Assembly (NCBI RefSeq): GCF_006345805.1
Contig: NC_043003.1
Coordinates: forward strand, 73,718,001 to 73,782,000
Source of the DNA: Octopus sinensis
Lineage: Eukaryota
Direction: 5' to 3'
Length of the DNA stretch: 64,000 bases
Below are positions 14,196 through 26,124 of the stretch, piece by piece. Under the pieces are notes generated by a model. It was not told the DNA's origin. It made no database searches and was given only the letters and a program-made list of their open reading frames with translations. Made by a program: the position numbers and the translations under genes. Within the stretch, counting starts at the first letter, position 1. The number at the start of each line of letters is the position of its first letter.

Positions 14196-15589
14196 GAAAA
14201 ATCAAAAGAATGGAGAATTAGATATTTAATCAGCAAACGCAAGTTACGGATAGATTGGCAAATTCCAAAATGTTGTGGTGCAGGAAACAGGCTTATTAAT
14301 CAATCCCATATTTGATCGACCGGGATTCTACGGTGATAGAGGCATTTAACATCATCCTCTCCTTATCAAATCTGCTTGGTATAGATAATATTTACGGGTC
14401 ATAGATAGTAGTAAAACTTACAATATTGAACCAGTGTATCAAGATATTTCAATTGGCCTACTAACATATCGTATTTATCAGAACATGACAGACTATCAAA
14501 ATTCCTCCCACTTTTAAACTATTATTGACCAAGTGAAATGCATAGTGTTGATATGTAGAACCATGATATTCAGTTGATATATTATTAAGTCACTAAAGAT
14601 TTGTTATTTGATCAATATCATTTATTGTAAATGTAAACTCCGAGTAGACTGGGTTAATGAGAATTGTACAGGAAAATAACCAATGTATTATTGACTTAGA
14701 AATATATTCTGTTTCCAAAAATCTGTTTTTTCTTGAAGGTGTAAATATTTATAACTTAAAATAACTGCAAAATTATTAATATGCATTACGATAAATTGAG
14801 ATATGACCATAACGTTACAAAATTAAATGGAAAAAAGAATTAAAGAATAATCTTTAAAATAATTAACAAATAAGGAAACTATCATATTACAAAATTTTAA
14901 AAGTTAAAACAATGATATTGATAATGACAATAGCAATAGTATCAACATCTACAAAAACAATAATAATAATTTAACATAACTAAATTAATTAGATAAAATA
15001 TATATATTAGTGTATCTATTAAGACATCCTATTTACGTTAAATATATTAAGCATAGTGGTGTGTAATACATAGACTCTTAGCATATTATATAAGCGTACA
15101 GAGATCAGTACTCTACTCTTCGCACTAGATGTGTACTTCTTAACATTAATTCATTTTATTTACTTAATAACGTAAATTTGGGTGTAAGGACATGCAGTGT
15201 CTCAATGAGGAATAAGTTGCAGATACATTTACTTCTGTAATGAAGTGTAATGCCCACAATTATATATATGTACACACACATACATAAACACACACAAGTA
15301 CATACACACACACACACACACATATACACATGTATTTACAAATTTATACATATACACACAAACACACACTCACGCGTATACATATATTGTTACCTGTATG
15401 CATATATCAATATATTCCTGTGTGTTTCACTGTATCCATCCATTAGCATAGCATTTATCCAAACGCATCATTGGAATATATTCTTTCACTCTTATAAATA
15501 AAATATATATTTAGTATATTCTGCCATCCAAAAGTGGCTTAACGCACACTGAACCTTTATAAATTTCGTTTCCATGTATTTAATTAAAT

Positions 15590-16337
15590 CGGGAGTGGTA
15601 TCAAAAAGTTCCTGAACTACTTATTTTTAATAAAAATAACTTAATTACCTGTGTTTTAACATCTCATTCGGAATAATCACCTTACGCAGCAATACACTGG
15701 TTTGAGCTGCATTTTCATTTTGAGGAAGACATAGAAGTACGCATATGCTGATAACATGTTTTTGGCGTGAAACTCATGCGTGAGGAGAGCTCGGTGACAT
15801 AGTGCATTGTCATTGTGAAGAATTCAATTCTTGGCGCTCTACAGATCCGGTCCCTTTCGCTTAATGTCCTCCCTCAAGCGCCGCTGGAGAACTCTCGATT
15901 GACGTCTCACAATAGGGGAAGAATTCTGAATGCACAATACCATGGATGTCAAAAAGAAAACATGAACCTGCTCTTGATCGATCTGTGGCTTGGTCGTGCG
16001 CGTATGCCACTCGAAACATTGCATACGACCCACTGCCTCGTCGTCGTATGCTTCCGAAGCATGCTCAATGTCTCTGTAGTAAACTTCCCAAGTTTAACGC
16101 ATAATTTCACGTTGGTTCTTTGTCCCAACTTGCTGTCCATGACAAAAATTGCAGACTAAATGATACAAGTGATCACAAAAACACAAATTTCACAACTTGC
16201 GAAGTAAACATAGAGATGTCATTCGACACACTGCCTCATGAAAGTCATTGCCACCTGTCACTGCGCATGCAAGCGTGTGCTGCCATCAGTTGGCTCGCTA
16301 CAGAACTAGTGCGGGAAACCTCTGATATCATTACATG
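15590..16337 (-). mobile_element. Internally deleted mariner element with decayed TIRs
   Basis: ORF 15949..16140 QRTNVKLCVKLGKFTTET (mariner N-terminus), then RLREDIKRKGPDL and ILHNDNA (catalytic region). TIR-like cgggagtggtatcaaaaagttcctgaacta at 15590 with a degenerate inverse at ~16305-16337. Confidence 0.8.
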
Positions 16338-16736
16338 ATTAAAAGTGATATTTTTGATAGTAGGACTCATCCATGTATGCACGTAGCTCTGGATCGGTAA
16401 ATTTAATATTTTGTCTTAAGTTATTTATGCAGGTAAAAATATCACTCACGTTCCCTACTCATCGATTCAGCCTAGGTTGTTAGTCGTTATTATTTTTGGT
16501 ATTTCCGAATCTATCCTGAAAATAAATCTTTTTTCAGTTTGAGGTATTGCTTGCACAACAATATGCAATCATTACCGTTTTATATTGGAATTTTTAGTAT
16601 AGTCGTCTTGTTTTGTACATTTCAGAAGATATGCTCATGTAGCAGTATTATTAGATAATCTTACACACTTCCTCCATACATTATAACGATATATTCATTG
16701 ACGTATTTTCATATGTGCCACATAGTTTGGTTTTCA

Positions 16737-16890
<154 letters not shown>

Positions 16891-17008
16891 CCTGTCTATA
16901 TTCACTACACACACTTACCTCTATATGAATATACATTGTCTCTCTCTGACATACACATATGTATGTATATTTACATACATGTGTGTAAATATATATATAT
17001 ATATATAT

Positions 17009-17850
17009 AAAATAGTAAAAAGTGAAAAAACTACAGAAGGCTTGTTTTAAAAGGTTAAAAAATATATATTTGAGTCATTATGTCAGAAGAATGTTATAAA
17101 TTTTTTTCATAGAGTGACATAGTATTTCAAGAAATTACCGGTTTTGTGTTTAACTTTTCAAATTTCTCAAAATATTGTTATAATTTCGTTAAGAAGTGTA
17201 AAGTAGAGTTCCAGGTAAGGAGAGGTAATAAGTGATTTCTTCCGGTGTAAGGGAGATAATCGCTTTATATTTCTTGCCTTTTTTATGGGGTGAGTTTCTC
17301 TGTATAAGAATGTTAGAGTGGTTAAGTTTGGGCTTATATTTTTCAATGAAGAATATTTCCTTGTTTAGTCTAATTTGTGTTGGTGTTCCAATAGCACATT
17401 GGTAAAATGGAAAGATTAAAAATTGTGGTAGTAGTTGTTTTGCGCATTTCTCAATATGCTCACTAAAGGGTACCATTCTGTATTCTGGGAATGCAATCTG
17501 TTATAGTCTGAGTTATAGTCCCGTGGACCCCACGTAGTTTTGGTGGCAGCCCGAGCGTCTTATGACATAAATTATGTTTTCAGAGGCACAAGTAAAATTA
17601 GATTCAATCTTGAATTTTTGTCCCTCTTTGAAGAGGAATTCTGATCCTTCTAGAAGGTTTGGGTATGTCACACAGTTTGGTCTACCACATTTTTTTACTT
17701 TTGCATCCGTAATTTCAGAAAGCAATTTTGCCTTTGTGAGAATCTTTTTAAGTGATTTAGGTTGTTTGTAGCTTTTAAGGATTTTATGTATGTTTAGAAT
17801 TTCCTTTAATTTGGGGTCCTTATGAAGTATTGGTAAATTCTGGGTGATGA
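17009..17850 (-). repeat. Inverted pseudo-LTR-like arm (copy of 19324-20182)
   Basis: Minus-strand ORFs 17189..17476 and 17513..17725 duplicate the C-terminal PLE peptides. The arms differ by scattered substitutions and a ~18-bp deletion near 17500. Confidence 0.95.
17126..17171 (-). ncRNA. Second copy of the PLE hammerhead, probably inactive
   Basis: Same motif on the minus strand, but GAAA is changed to AAAA (G12>A, a CpG-type change). Confidence 0.45.
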
Positions 17851-17967
17851 AACAATCATGGTTTCATTTGATGTAGTTAATTCTGCAGCCACATTGAGAA
17901 CTTTCCCTACCATACTATACACAAACAGGCAGTTAACTCAAATTTTAACACTACACAATGGAAGGAA

Positions 17968-20002
17968 ATGATAGAACTTCAAAATGATGAAGATATAACC
18001 ATTAAGGAAGCAGACAAGGAAAGTACAGTTGTAATAATGGATACATCATACTATAGAAATCTTGTAATTTCCTTGCTTGATGACAATCAACATTATGAAA
18101 AAATCACCAACTACACCCCACAAAAAATAATGAAAACTCTATCTTCACTAATTAAAACCCATGAAAAGGAACTAACATCCAAAGAGATTGACCTTCTAAC
18201 AAACTTTAAATGCAAGCCTAGCCTCTTCTATGGTCTGCCAAAATTTCATAAAAGCCAAATTATAAATGAAACCATTAAAAATTCACCAAAGACATACATA
18301 CACACATCTAACCCGGGGTACCTAAAAGTACGACCCATTGTAGCTGGCCCAACCTGTGAAACACACAGATTAAGTCCATTTATGGACATCCTCTTGAAAC
18401 CCTTCCTTAAACATATCGATAGCCATATCAGAGATGACTTGGATATGTTAAACCACCTTCCAAAAAAGCCAAGGAAGAAGCAATCATGGCTTCATTTGAT
18501 GTAGTTAATTTATATACCAGTATATCTCATAATTATGGACTAGAGGCAATACAGTTCTGGATGGACCAATTTCTGGCAGAAATACCAAAAAGAATCAGTA
18601 AAGAATTCATTACTAAATCGGTTGAATTCATCCTACATAATATCCACTTCATGTTTGACAATACATTTTACCGTCAAAAATCCGGAATTGCTATGGGTAC
18701 AAGGGCAGTACCAGTCATTGCGAACCTAACAATGGGCTACCTGGAAATAATTATTTACCAAGAATCTTTATCAACCTTTGGAAGCCCGCTCTCTCAATAC
18801 ATAAAAGAGAATTTGAAACGATTCCTGGACGATTGTTTTATACTCTGGAATGAAAACACAGATAAACTCCTAAAATTCAAAAACCTATTGAACAGCATCA
18901 ACCCAAATATACAGTTCACAATGGAATACAACCAAAAGGGGCTCCCATTCTTAGATATACTAATTAAAAAAATTAACCTTAAAATAGAAACAGATATATT
19001 TTACAAAGCCACAGACGCCAAACAATACCTACTTTTTGATTCATGCCACCCAAGACACACTAAAACAAACACCCCTTTCAACCTTGCAAGAAGGATATGC
19101 ACAATAGTGTCAGAACAAAATACCAGGAAATTTAGACTACAAGAACTCAAAAACACCCTAATTGACAGAAACTACCCAGCTCAACTCATAGAGGATGGGA
19201 TCAGACGTGCAACAGAAATCGACATAGAAACTTTGAGAAAAGTTCAACACAACAACACACCTTCCCCGAAAATACTGCCTTACATATCCACATACAACCC
19301 CAGAAACAAAGAAGCCTTCACCATCATCACCCAGAATTTACCAATACTTCATAAGGACCCCAAATTAAAGGAAATTCTAAACATACATAAAATCATTAAC
19401 AGCTACAAACAACCTAAATCACTTAAAAAGATTCTCACAAAGGCAAAATTGCTTTCTGAAATTACAGATGCAAAAGTAAAAAAATATGGTAGACCTAACT
19501 GTGCAACATACCCAAACCTTCTAGAAGGATCAGAATTCCTCTTCAAAGAGGGACAAAAATTCAAGATTAAATCTAATTTTACTTGTGCCTCTAAAAACAT
19601 AATTTATGTCATAAGATGCTCGGGCTGCCACCAAAACTACGTGGGGTCGGGGGACCATCACTCAGACGTAGATGCACACTGCATCGACAACAGATTGCAT
19701 TCCCAGAATACAGAATGATACCCTTTAGTGAGCATATTGAGAAATGCGCAAAGCAACTACTACCACAATTTTTAATCTTTCCATTTTACCAATGTGCTAT
19801 TGGAACACCAACACAAATTAGACTAAACAAGGAAATATTCTTCATTGAAAAATATAAGCCCAAACTTAACCACTCTAACATTCTTATAAGAGAAACACAC
19901 CCCATTAAAAAAGGCAAGAAATATAAAGCGATTATCTCCCTTACACCAGAAGAAATCACTTATTACCTCTCCTTACCTGGAACTCTACTTTACACTTCTT
20001 AA
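17968..20002 (+). pseudogene. PLE polyprotein (reverse transcriptase plus GIY-YIG endonuclease) with two frameshifts
   Basis: ORFs 17968..18504, 18486..19718 and 19616..20002: ADK, GLPKFHK, RPIVAGP, SFDVVNLYTSI (motif A), GIAMG (B'), KRFLDDCF (C), LPFLDI, then IIYVIRCSGCHQNYVG (GIY-YIG variant) and KEIFFIEKYKPKLN. 1-nt frameshifts in the A-run at ~18461-18467 and at ~19650. Confidence 0.93.
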
Positions 20003-20020
20003 TGAAATCATAACAATGTT

Positions 20021-20067
20021 TTGAGAAATTTGAAAAGTTAAACACGAAACCGGTAATTTCTTCAAAT
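20021..20067 (+). ncRNA. Minimal type I hammerhead ribozyme, U3:A8 core variant, in the PLE 3' terminus
   Basis: tttgagaaat-TTGAAAA-gt(taaac)ac-GAAA-cCGg-TA-atttct(t)caaa: stem I 10 bp with 1 bulge, stem II 2 bp, palindromic ACCGGT stem III, predicted cleavage after GUA at 20056. Confidence 0.6.
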
Positions 20068-20236
20068 ACTATGTCACTGTATGAAAAAAATTTATAACAT
20101 TCTTCTGACATAATGACTCAAATATATATTTTTTAACCTTTTAAAACAAGCCTTCTGTAGTTTTTTCACTTTTTACTATTTTCTATATATTCATCCACGT
20201 GGTTTCACACACCAACTTTCCTACCTATATATATAT

Positions 20237-20752
20237 AATTAATATAGGATAAAAATTTTTTTGGGAAAAAAATTTTATTACTGGCCAGCATATTAAAAAA
20301 TGCCTTTAAAGGTTACATTTATACATAATTTACAAAATAAGGGCAGAAGAAAAATTCTAATGCCAAATATGCTGAAACAAAAAATTTCTTGTCGATAACC
20401 ATTATAATTTATGCGTCTTGAAACAAACCGATAGAAATCTCTATAAAATTCGTTATTACCGTATTGGTCCAATTCCGGGGTTAATTCATAAGAAATTGTC
20501 CCCTCTTCAGCTGCAAATACGCGAGATATAAATGAAATACTTACTCATACCCATAGAAAAAACAAGAACTAAGTCCTGAGCACACTTAAGTACCCCAAAT
20601 ATATACAAAATAGAAAAATCCTCGGCGCACCTCGAGACACGTGTGATTCGAACTAGAAACTTTCACAGAGTGATAGAATCCGGAAGTGAACACTAATCTA
20701 TTTATAATTAATATACGATAAACATTTTTTTGGGAAAAAAAAATTATCAATG
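20237..20752 (-). mobile_element. Copy A of a 469-bp hammerhead-bearing repeat (1 monomer plus ~46 bp of the next)
   Basis: aattaatata(g/c)gataaa..ttttttgggaaaaaaa recurs at 20237 and 20706 (period 469). The sequence is the reverse complement of 20750-21205. Confidence 0.85.
20454..20519 (-). ncRNA. Hammerhead of copy A, likely inactive
   Basis: gcag-CTGAAGA-GGGG..CCCC-GGAA-TTGGACCAA-TA-cggt: A13>G in GAAA and a stem I mismatch. Confidence 0.6.
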
Positions 20753-21204
20753 TATAAATTTTACATTTAAAGGCATTTTTTAATATGCTGGCCATTGATA
20801 AAAATTTTTTCCCGAAAAATTTTTATCTATTTATAAATAGATTAGTGTTCACTTCCGGATTCTATCACTCTGTGAAAGTTTCTAGTTCGAATCACACGTG
20901 TCTCGAGGTGCGCCGAAGATTTTTCTATTTTGTATATATTTGGGGTACTTAAGTGTGCTCAGGACTTAGTGCTTGCTTTTTCCATGGGTATGAGTAAGTA
21001 TTTCATTTATATCTCGCGTATTTGCCGCTGAAGAGGGGAAAATTTCTTATGAATTAACTCCGAAATTGGACCAATACGGTAATAACGAATTTTTTAGAGA
21101 TTTCTTTCGGTTTGTTTCGAGACGCATAAATTATAATGGTTATCGACAAACAATTTTTTGGTTCGGCATATTTGGCATTAGAATTTATCTTGTAAATTAT
21201 ATAC

Positions 21205-21205
<1 letters not shown>
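20750..21205 (+). mobile_element. Copy B of the same repeat, one circularly permuted monomer, ending in (TA)n
   Basis: Begins atgtataaat.. and ends ..tgtaaattat, which are adjacent sequences in copy A (minus strand ..tgtaaattatgtataaat..). It contains the end-to-start junction internally at ~20825. Confidence 0.85.
21019..21084 (+). ncRNA. Type I hammerhead ribozyme with an intact catalytic core
   Basis: tatttgccg-CTGAAGA-GGGG(19 nt)CTCC-GAAA-TTGG(A)CCAA-TA-cggtaata. All conserved core nucleotides are present and stems I, II and III pair. Predicted cleavage after AUA at 21076. Confidence 0.8.
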
Positions 21206-21251
<46 letters not shown>

Positions 21252-21769
21252 CACACGTATGTTTGTAAATATACATATGATTATGCATATACATGCACAT
21301 TTACATACATAGTCACATAAACAGATACTTAAATTAATACATAACAAACTAGCCAGAGAGAAAGATATGTAAATTTAATATAATTGCTGTAATTTTGGTA
21401 TGCACAGCTCTACGAACCAAACTTTTTCCTATAGTATTTTATGGAATGGTGTAAAACGTGTATTTTATTACAATATTTAATATAGTCTTCCAGCCAATGG
21501 CAGTTTTCATCATTTCAGTATAATATGTTGTAAAAGTTTCCTCTTTGTAGCACTTACCGATATAAATAAATACCAGTATACTTTTTCAAGGCAGTAGAGA
21601 AACAGATATGTTAGATATGGTTATTGATACAAATAGTTACTTCTTTCCATGTTTTGTGTTCAAATACATCGGAAGTCATCAATTACTTAACTCAACTGCT
21701 ATTGGCTTCAAATTCTTTGCACAATGGCAGAAATAAAATTGACTACATCAACTGATATTTATTTTATCG

Positions 21770-21890
21770 CCTCCTAAGTGATGGAGGGTAAATTCGACCC
21801 CCAAAGGTATTTGAACACAGAATATAGAGGATAAAATGCTGCTAAGCATTTTCCTGTACGCTAAATATTCTGCAAGCTCACCGCTTCAAC
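21770..21890 (-). mobile_element. Decayed SINE fragment
   Basis: Weak match to the family core (aaattcgacc..atttgaacacagaa..gctaagcatttt..gcaagctcaccgc). Confidence 0.5.
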
Positions 21891-22381
21891 ACGACTCATA
21901 TTGAGATTAAATATATTAGCTTTTATTCAACATCGGAAAATATATGAAGCAATGCCAGTTTACTTCATATGTGTTTTCTGCTTATGTTAATGTGAAAACG
22001 TTTAATTTAATACTTACCCTCTCCGTCTTAACTTGATATTTTCCAAGATTTTTGCCAAAAAGATATCGTGTAACATATCTTCAACTGGACAGTAAGGACT
22101 TCAGTCTCACTTTATCTGTGAAAGACGATGAAAAATAAAAAAAAATAAAATTCATGAGTTTATCTGATTGATCATACAACTCGCGTATTTTGTCTGACTG
22201 CCAAACACGTTCTGTGAGTTATTTTATATTTATTAGACAAGAAACGTGAAAAACATTTGTGGCATACTCTGTTATTTAGTTCTTAAGACTCTTTTCTTGA
22301 GTACCGGTGGTCAGTCATAGTAAATATCACAATAAATAGCACGCAAACTGACCCAAATAGGTTGATTTAAAAGCCTTATGA

Positions 22382-22605
22382 AGGTGGTGAGATGACGGAA
22401 TTGTTAACAGGCCGGGATATAACGCTTAGTGGAATTTCTTCCGGTTTCACTTTGTGAGCTCAAATTCCTCGGAGCCAAATTTGCGGTACTTCATTTCACG
22501 GTCAATAAATCAAGTACAAGTTGAGCACTGGAGGTGGATGTACTCGAGTAACCCCTTCCCACTAAATTTTAGGAATTGTGTCGATAGTTGAAAGGAATTT
22601 TTTTA
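22382..22605 (+). mobile_element. SINE copy in sense orientation with a tRNA-like head
   Basis: A-box-like tgacggaattg and B-box-like gctcaaattcc (~22457). The remainder is the reverse complement of the minus-strand copies. Confidence 0.7.
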
Positions 22606-23298
22606 GCTATGCATTTTTACTTTAAAAGTTTTTAATTGTATTTTTTCAATGAACATCATAATAAAATGAATAATTCGAAAATAAAATGAGGAAAGAGAAA
22701 TAAGTTTGCAACTCGTTTGCGTTTGAATGAATCAGGGAAGATGTATTGGCTGAAGAAGTCACAATATTTCCAATAGATTATACTTTTTTGCCTAAGGCAG
22801 ATAACCAAAACAAAGGCGTAGCTGTAATTTTCACATTATTTCCGCACAATTGAAAATAAATTTAACAAAATCATTAATTTACAAGCTAATGGGAATATCT
22901 GATATTAGTTTACAAGCAAAGTGTCTACTGCGGATAGCCTCTTCAGCAAATGATATATCAAGCTGAGCCTAAGTCGATAAGGGTTTATACCAGGCATGGT
23001 CGTAAAGCGGGCCGCCTGAGAATTAGCTCATCGTAGGCGGACAGCATCACTAAAAATTTGGAAGTAATTCTTCGTTATGTGTGACATTCAAAATGTCGAT
23101 CGGGTGGCAATTTGCTCGTGATTTATGCATATGCATTCAAAATAAAAGTTAAGGAGTGACAAAAAGGCAGTATTGTGAAGGTGTGGTAGAATTGTTGAGT
23201 CACACATAATACTGTTTCATAATTGTTGGCCTTGGAGAATACAAATATCAAAAACAAAACTTCTACAATATGAGCAACGACAAAGATTAAACAATTCT

Positions 23299-23530
23299 TA
23301 TTTCTTTATTGCACACAAGGGACTAAACATGGAGGCGACAAACAAGGACAGACAAAGGGATTAAGTCGATTACATCGACCCCAGTGCGTAACTGGTACTT
23401 AATTTATCGACCCCGAAAGAATGAAAGGCAAAGTCGACCTCGGCGGAGTTTGAACTCAGAACGTAACGGCAGACGAAATACCGCTAAGTTTCTGCTAACG
23501 TTTCTGCCATAAAGACTAACAATTCTGTTA
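23299..23530 (-). mobile_element. Relatively young SINE copy
   Basis: Close match to 48822-49045 (ttctttatt..acaaacaaggacagaca..aagtcgattacatcgaccccagtgcgtaactggt..gcaaagtcgacctcggc). Confidence 0.88.
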
Positions 23531-25308
23531 TTCTTCCTGTTATAAATAGCAGTAACAATGCTCTCATTTCGAAGAATGGTATTATAAAAAGAGTAAGCAA
23601 GCAATACACAATAGTTGATGTTGATACTGAAATGAAGATGGCAGAGTCGCAGCTACAATGGATTTGTTCTGTATAAATGTACATCATAGGCCACTCGATC
23701 AATACAGCTTCGGATTTAAGATCAGAGACGAGTATAGAAATTGTAAAAGCAAGAAGGACAACGACAAAAAGAAAGGAACGGCTACTAAATTATAGAAGAA
23801 ACTGACCTCGACACCGCATGACAAGTTATCAGGTAAAACCGCACTTTCGCAGAGTTTCTCACGCTTAAAATACTTTCAGAATAAATACCCAAGCATAATG
23901 TTAGAACTTGGGGAGAAATCTATTCTAAAATTACTACCACGTTCCTTAGTCGAATAGTGGAATACGATATAAAAATACATAAATTCTTATATAGAAAACT
24001 ATTATATATTGGAGTGTGTATGTGTGTCTGTAAGTGTCTGTGCGTATATATGCTTCTACGTGTTTACATATATCAATATACCTGTACTGATATACACATA
24101 CATCGATCATTGACTATATATGCATTTCACTACAGTCTGTCCGAACGTCTTTCAATTTTCTACGCCAATTCGCGTTTCCATGGCTACATGTCGATAAACA
24201 CACACAAACTTTTAAACAGGCACACAAATTTTCGCAACGTACTATACTAAGCGTTATAGAGTTTGTACAATATATTAAGCTTTTATCTAAGATTGGAAGT
24301 GAACGCAACTTTTACAGTCGCCTTTCTGGTGAGAGGTCAACCGAGTTAATAATTCGTTTGTGCTTACTTTAAGGATAAAAGATTTTGCTTGCCAAAAATC
24401 TTAACTCAGTTAATCTCCACTCAAGAGCCTTCTTCAATTCATTTGCATCCAAAGTAATATATTTTCTATTTAAGGTCAACTATTCAGGAGGTCAAACATA
24501 CACGCTGATATGTAGTCTTGCTTTTACATTTCGAGATGTTTGGTGTATATGTGTGTGTGTGAGTTTATGTATGTACATGCGTGTTTGTATTTGTGTATTT
24601 GTGTATATGCGAGAATGCGTGTATTACTTTTAAAATTGTTATTCTTCCATTTTCTTTTTATCGCTCTATGGGATTCATTGTTTGGTGGTCTGCCTGAGAA
24701 AGAGATACGCGAGAGACGGCATTTGGGAGCATTCAAATGTTGGTATTTGCCATACACACTTGCGTACATGCATGGAAACGTATATACATACATGTGTGTG
24801 ACTGTGTATAGGTTTGGTGCATGCATGCATATGTGTGTGCACATATTTATGTATATGGATATAAAAAGTTACGCCAGTGTGTGTAACGTATATGTTTGAT
24901 AATGGTGATTGTGGTGGTGGCGTTGGTGTCTGTGTGTGTGTCAGTTGAATTGTCTCGGTGAAGAAATTCTTTCGCAAATAACGACATTAATTTCCTCCGT
25001 TCTTTCAGGATCGTGTAAGCGATGTCAAATGTGACATCGCTTGGAAACTGTTTTACCAAACCATTCTATAACCGGTTTAGTGTGCTTCCTTGCACGTCGC
25101 TTTGTGTGATGGCACAGATGACAGCAGAGAAGAAAAGAGGAAGCAAGATTGAAATGCGTATGCATATGTTCTTAGCCCAATACATACTAATATACATGCG
25201 TACATATAGACATATATGCATGCATTCATTCATGCATACGCGTTTACAAGCAGAACAAACCGTATACATACATACTCAGACAATATATATAATATATATA
25301 CATAAATG

Positions 25309-25341
<33 letters not shown>

Positions 25342-25442
25342 TATATATAATATATATATATACATGTATATATTCTTACGCCTACAAAAGGAAATATATA
25401 AAAAGAAGAGAAATAAGAATATATGCATGCATAAATACACGT

Positions 25443-25492
<50 letters not shown>

Positions 25493-25503
25493 ATATATAT
25501 ATG

Positions 25504-25535
<32 letters not shown>

Positions 25536-26035
25536 ATATATATATATATAAGCACACACGCACACAGACACATATGCACATGTGAACATATGTATAAGTT
25601 ACCATAGTTGTCCATGTGTGTGTGTGAGTGACTTGTTTGTGTTATAGAGATTGCAGGCGTTTGTGTGCTTGTGGGGTTGATGAATAAAGGTATATTGAAC
25701 ATCAATTCCTATAGAAGTGAGTATATGTTGTAAAAATGAAAGACAATAGGAAAAAAGCAGGAAATCAGTCAGGAAAGAGGAAAATAGCGTATGAAAAGAA
25801 AAAGAAAATGTAAGATGAGGAATAGATCGCTGGGAAACGCTGCAGATAACAAATAGAGAGAGAGTAAAGGAAAGTAGGGGAAGATGGATGGCAAAAGAGA
25901 AAATATTATTAAACACATCACATACAAGGCAACAGGAAAGTGAATGCCTGAGAAGGAGGAATAGGACATGGTGTGTGTCTGTCCTTGAGTGCGTATATGC
26001 GTATGCGTATGTGTGTGTGTGTATGTATGTATGTA

Positions 26036-26085
<50 letters not shown>

Positions 26086-26089
26086 GTGA

Positions 26090-26124
<35 letters not shown>

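Larger units (their letters stand above)
17009..20182 (+). mobile_element. Penelope-like element (PLE), 5'-truncated, with an inverted copy of its 3' end at the 5' side
   Basis: RT plus GIY-YIG ORF on the + strand. 17009-17850 is the reverse complement of 19324-20182. Both ends abut TA repeats. Confidence 0.92.

Noticed and set aside
20237-21205. Interpretation as a non-autonomous Helitron (atctatttataaat resembles a TC start)
   Set aside because: No 3' hairpin plus CTRR at the monomer end; the full hammerhead core and permuted ends fit a ribozyme retroelement better, although this is not formally excluded.
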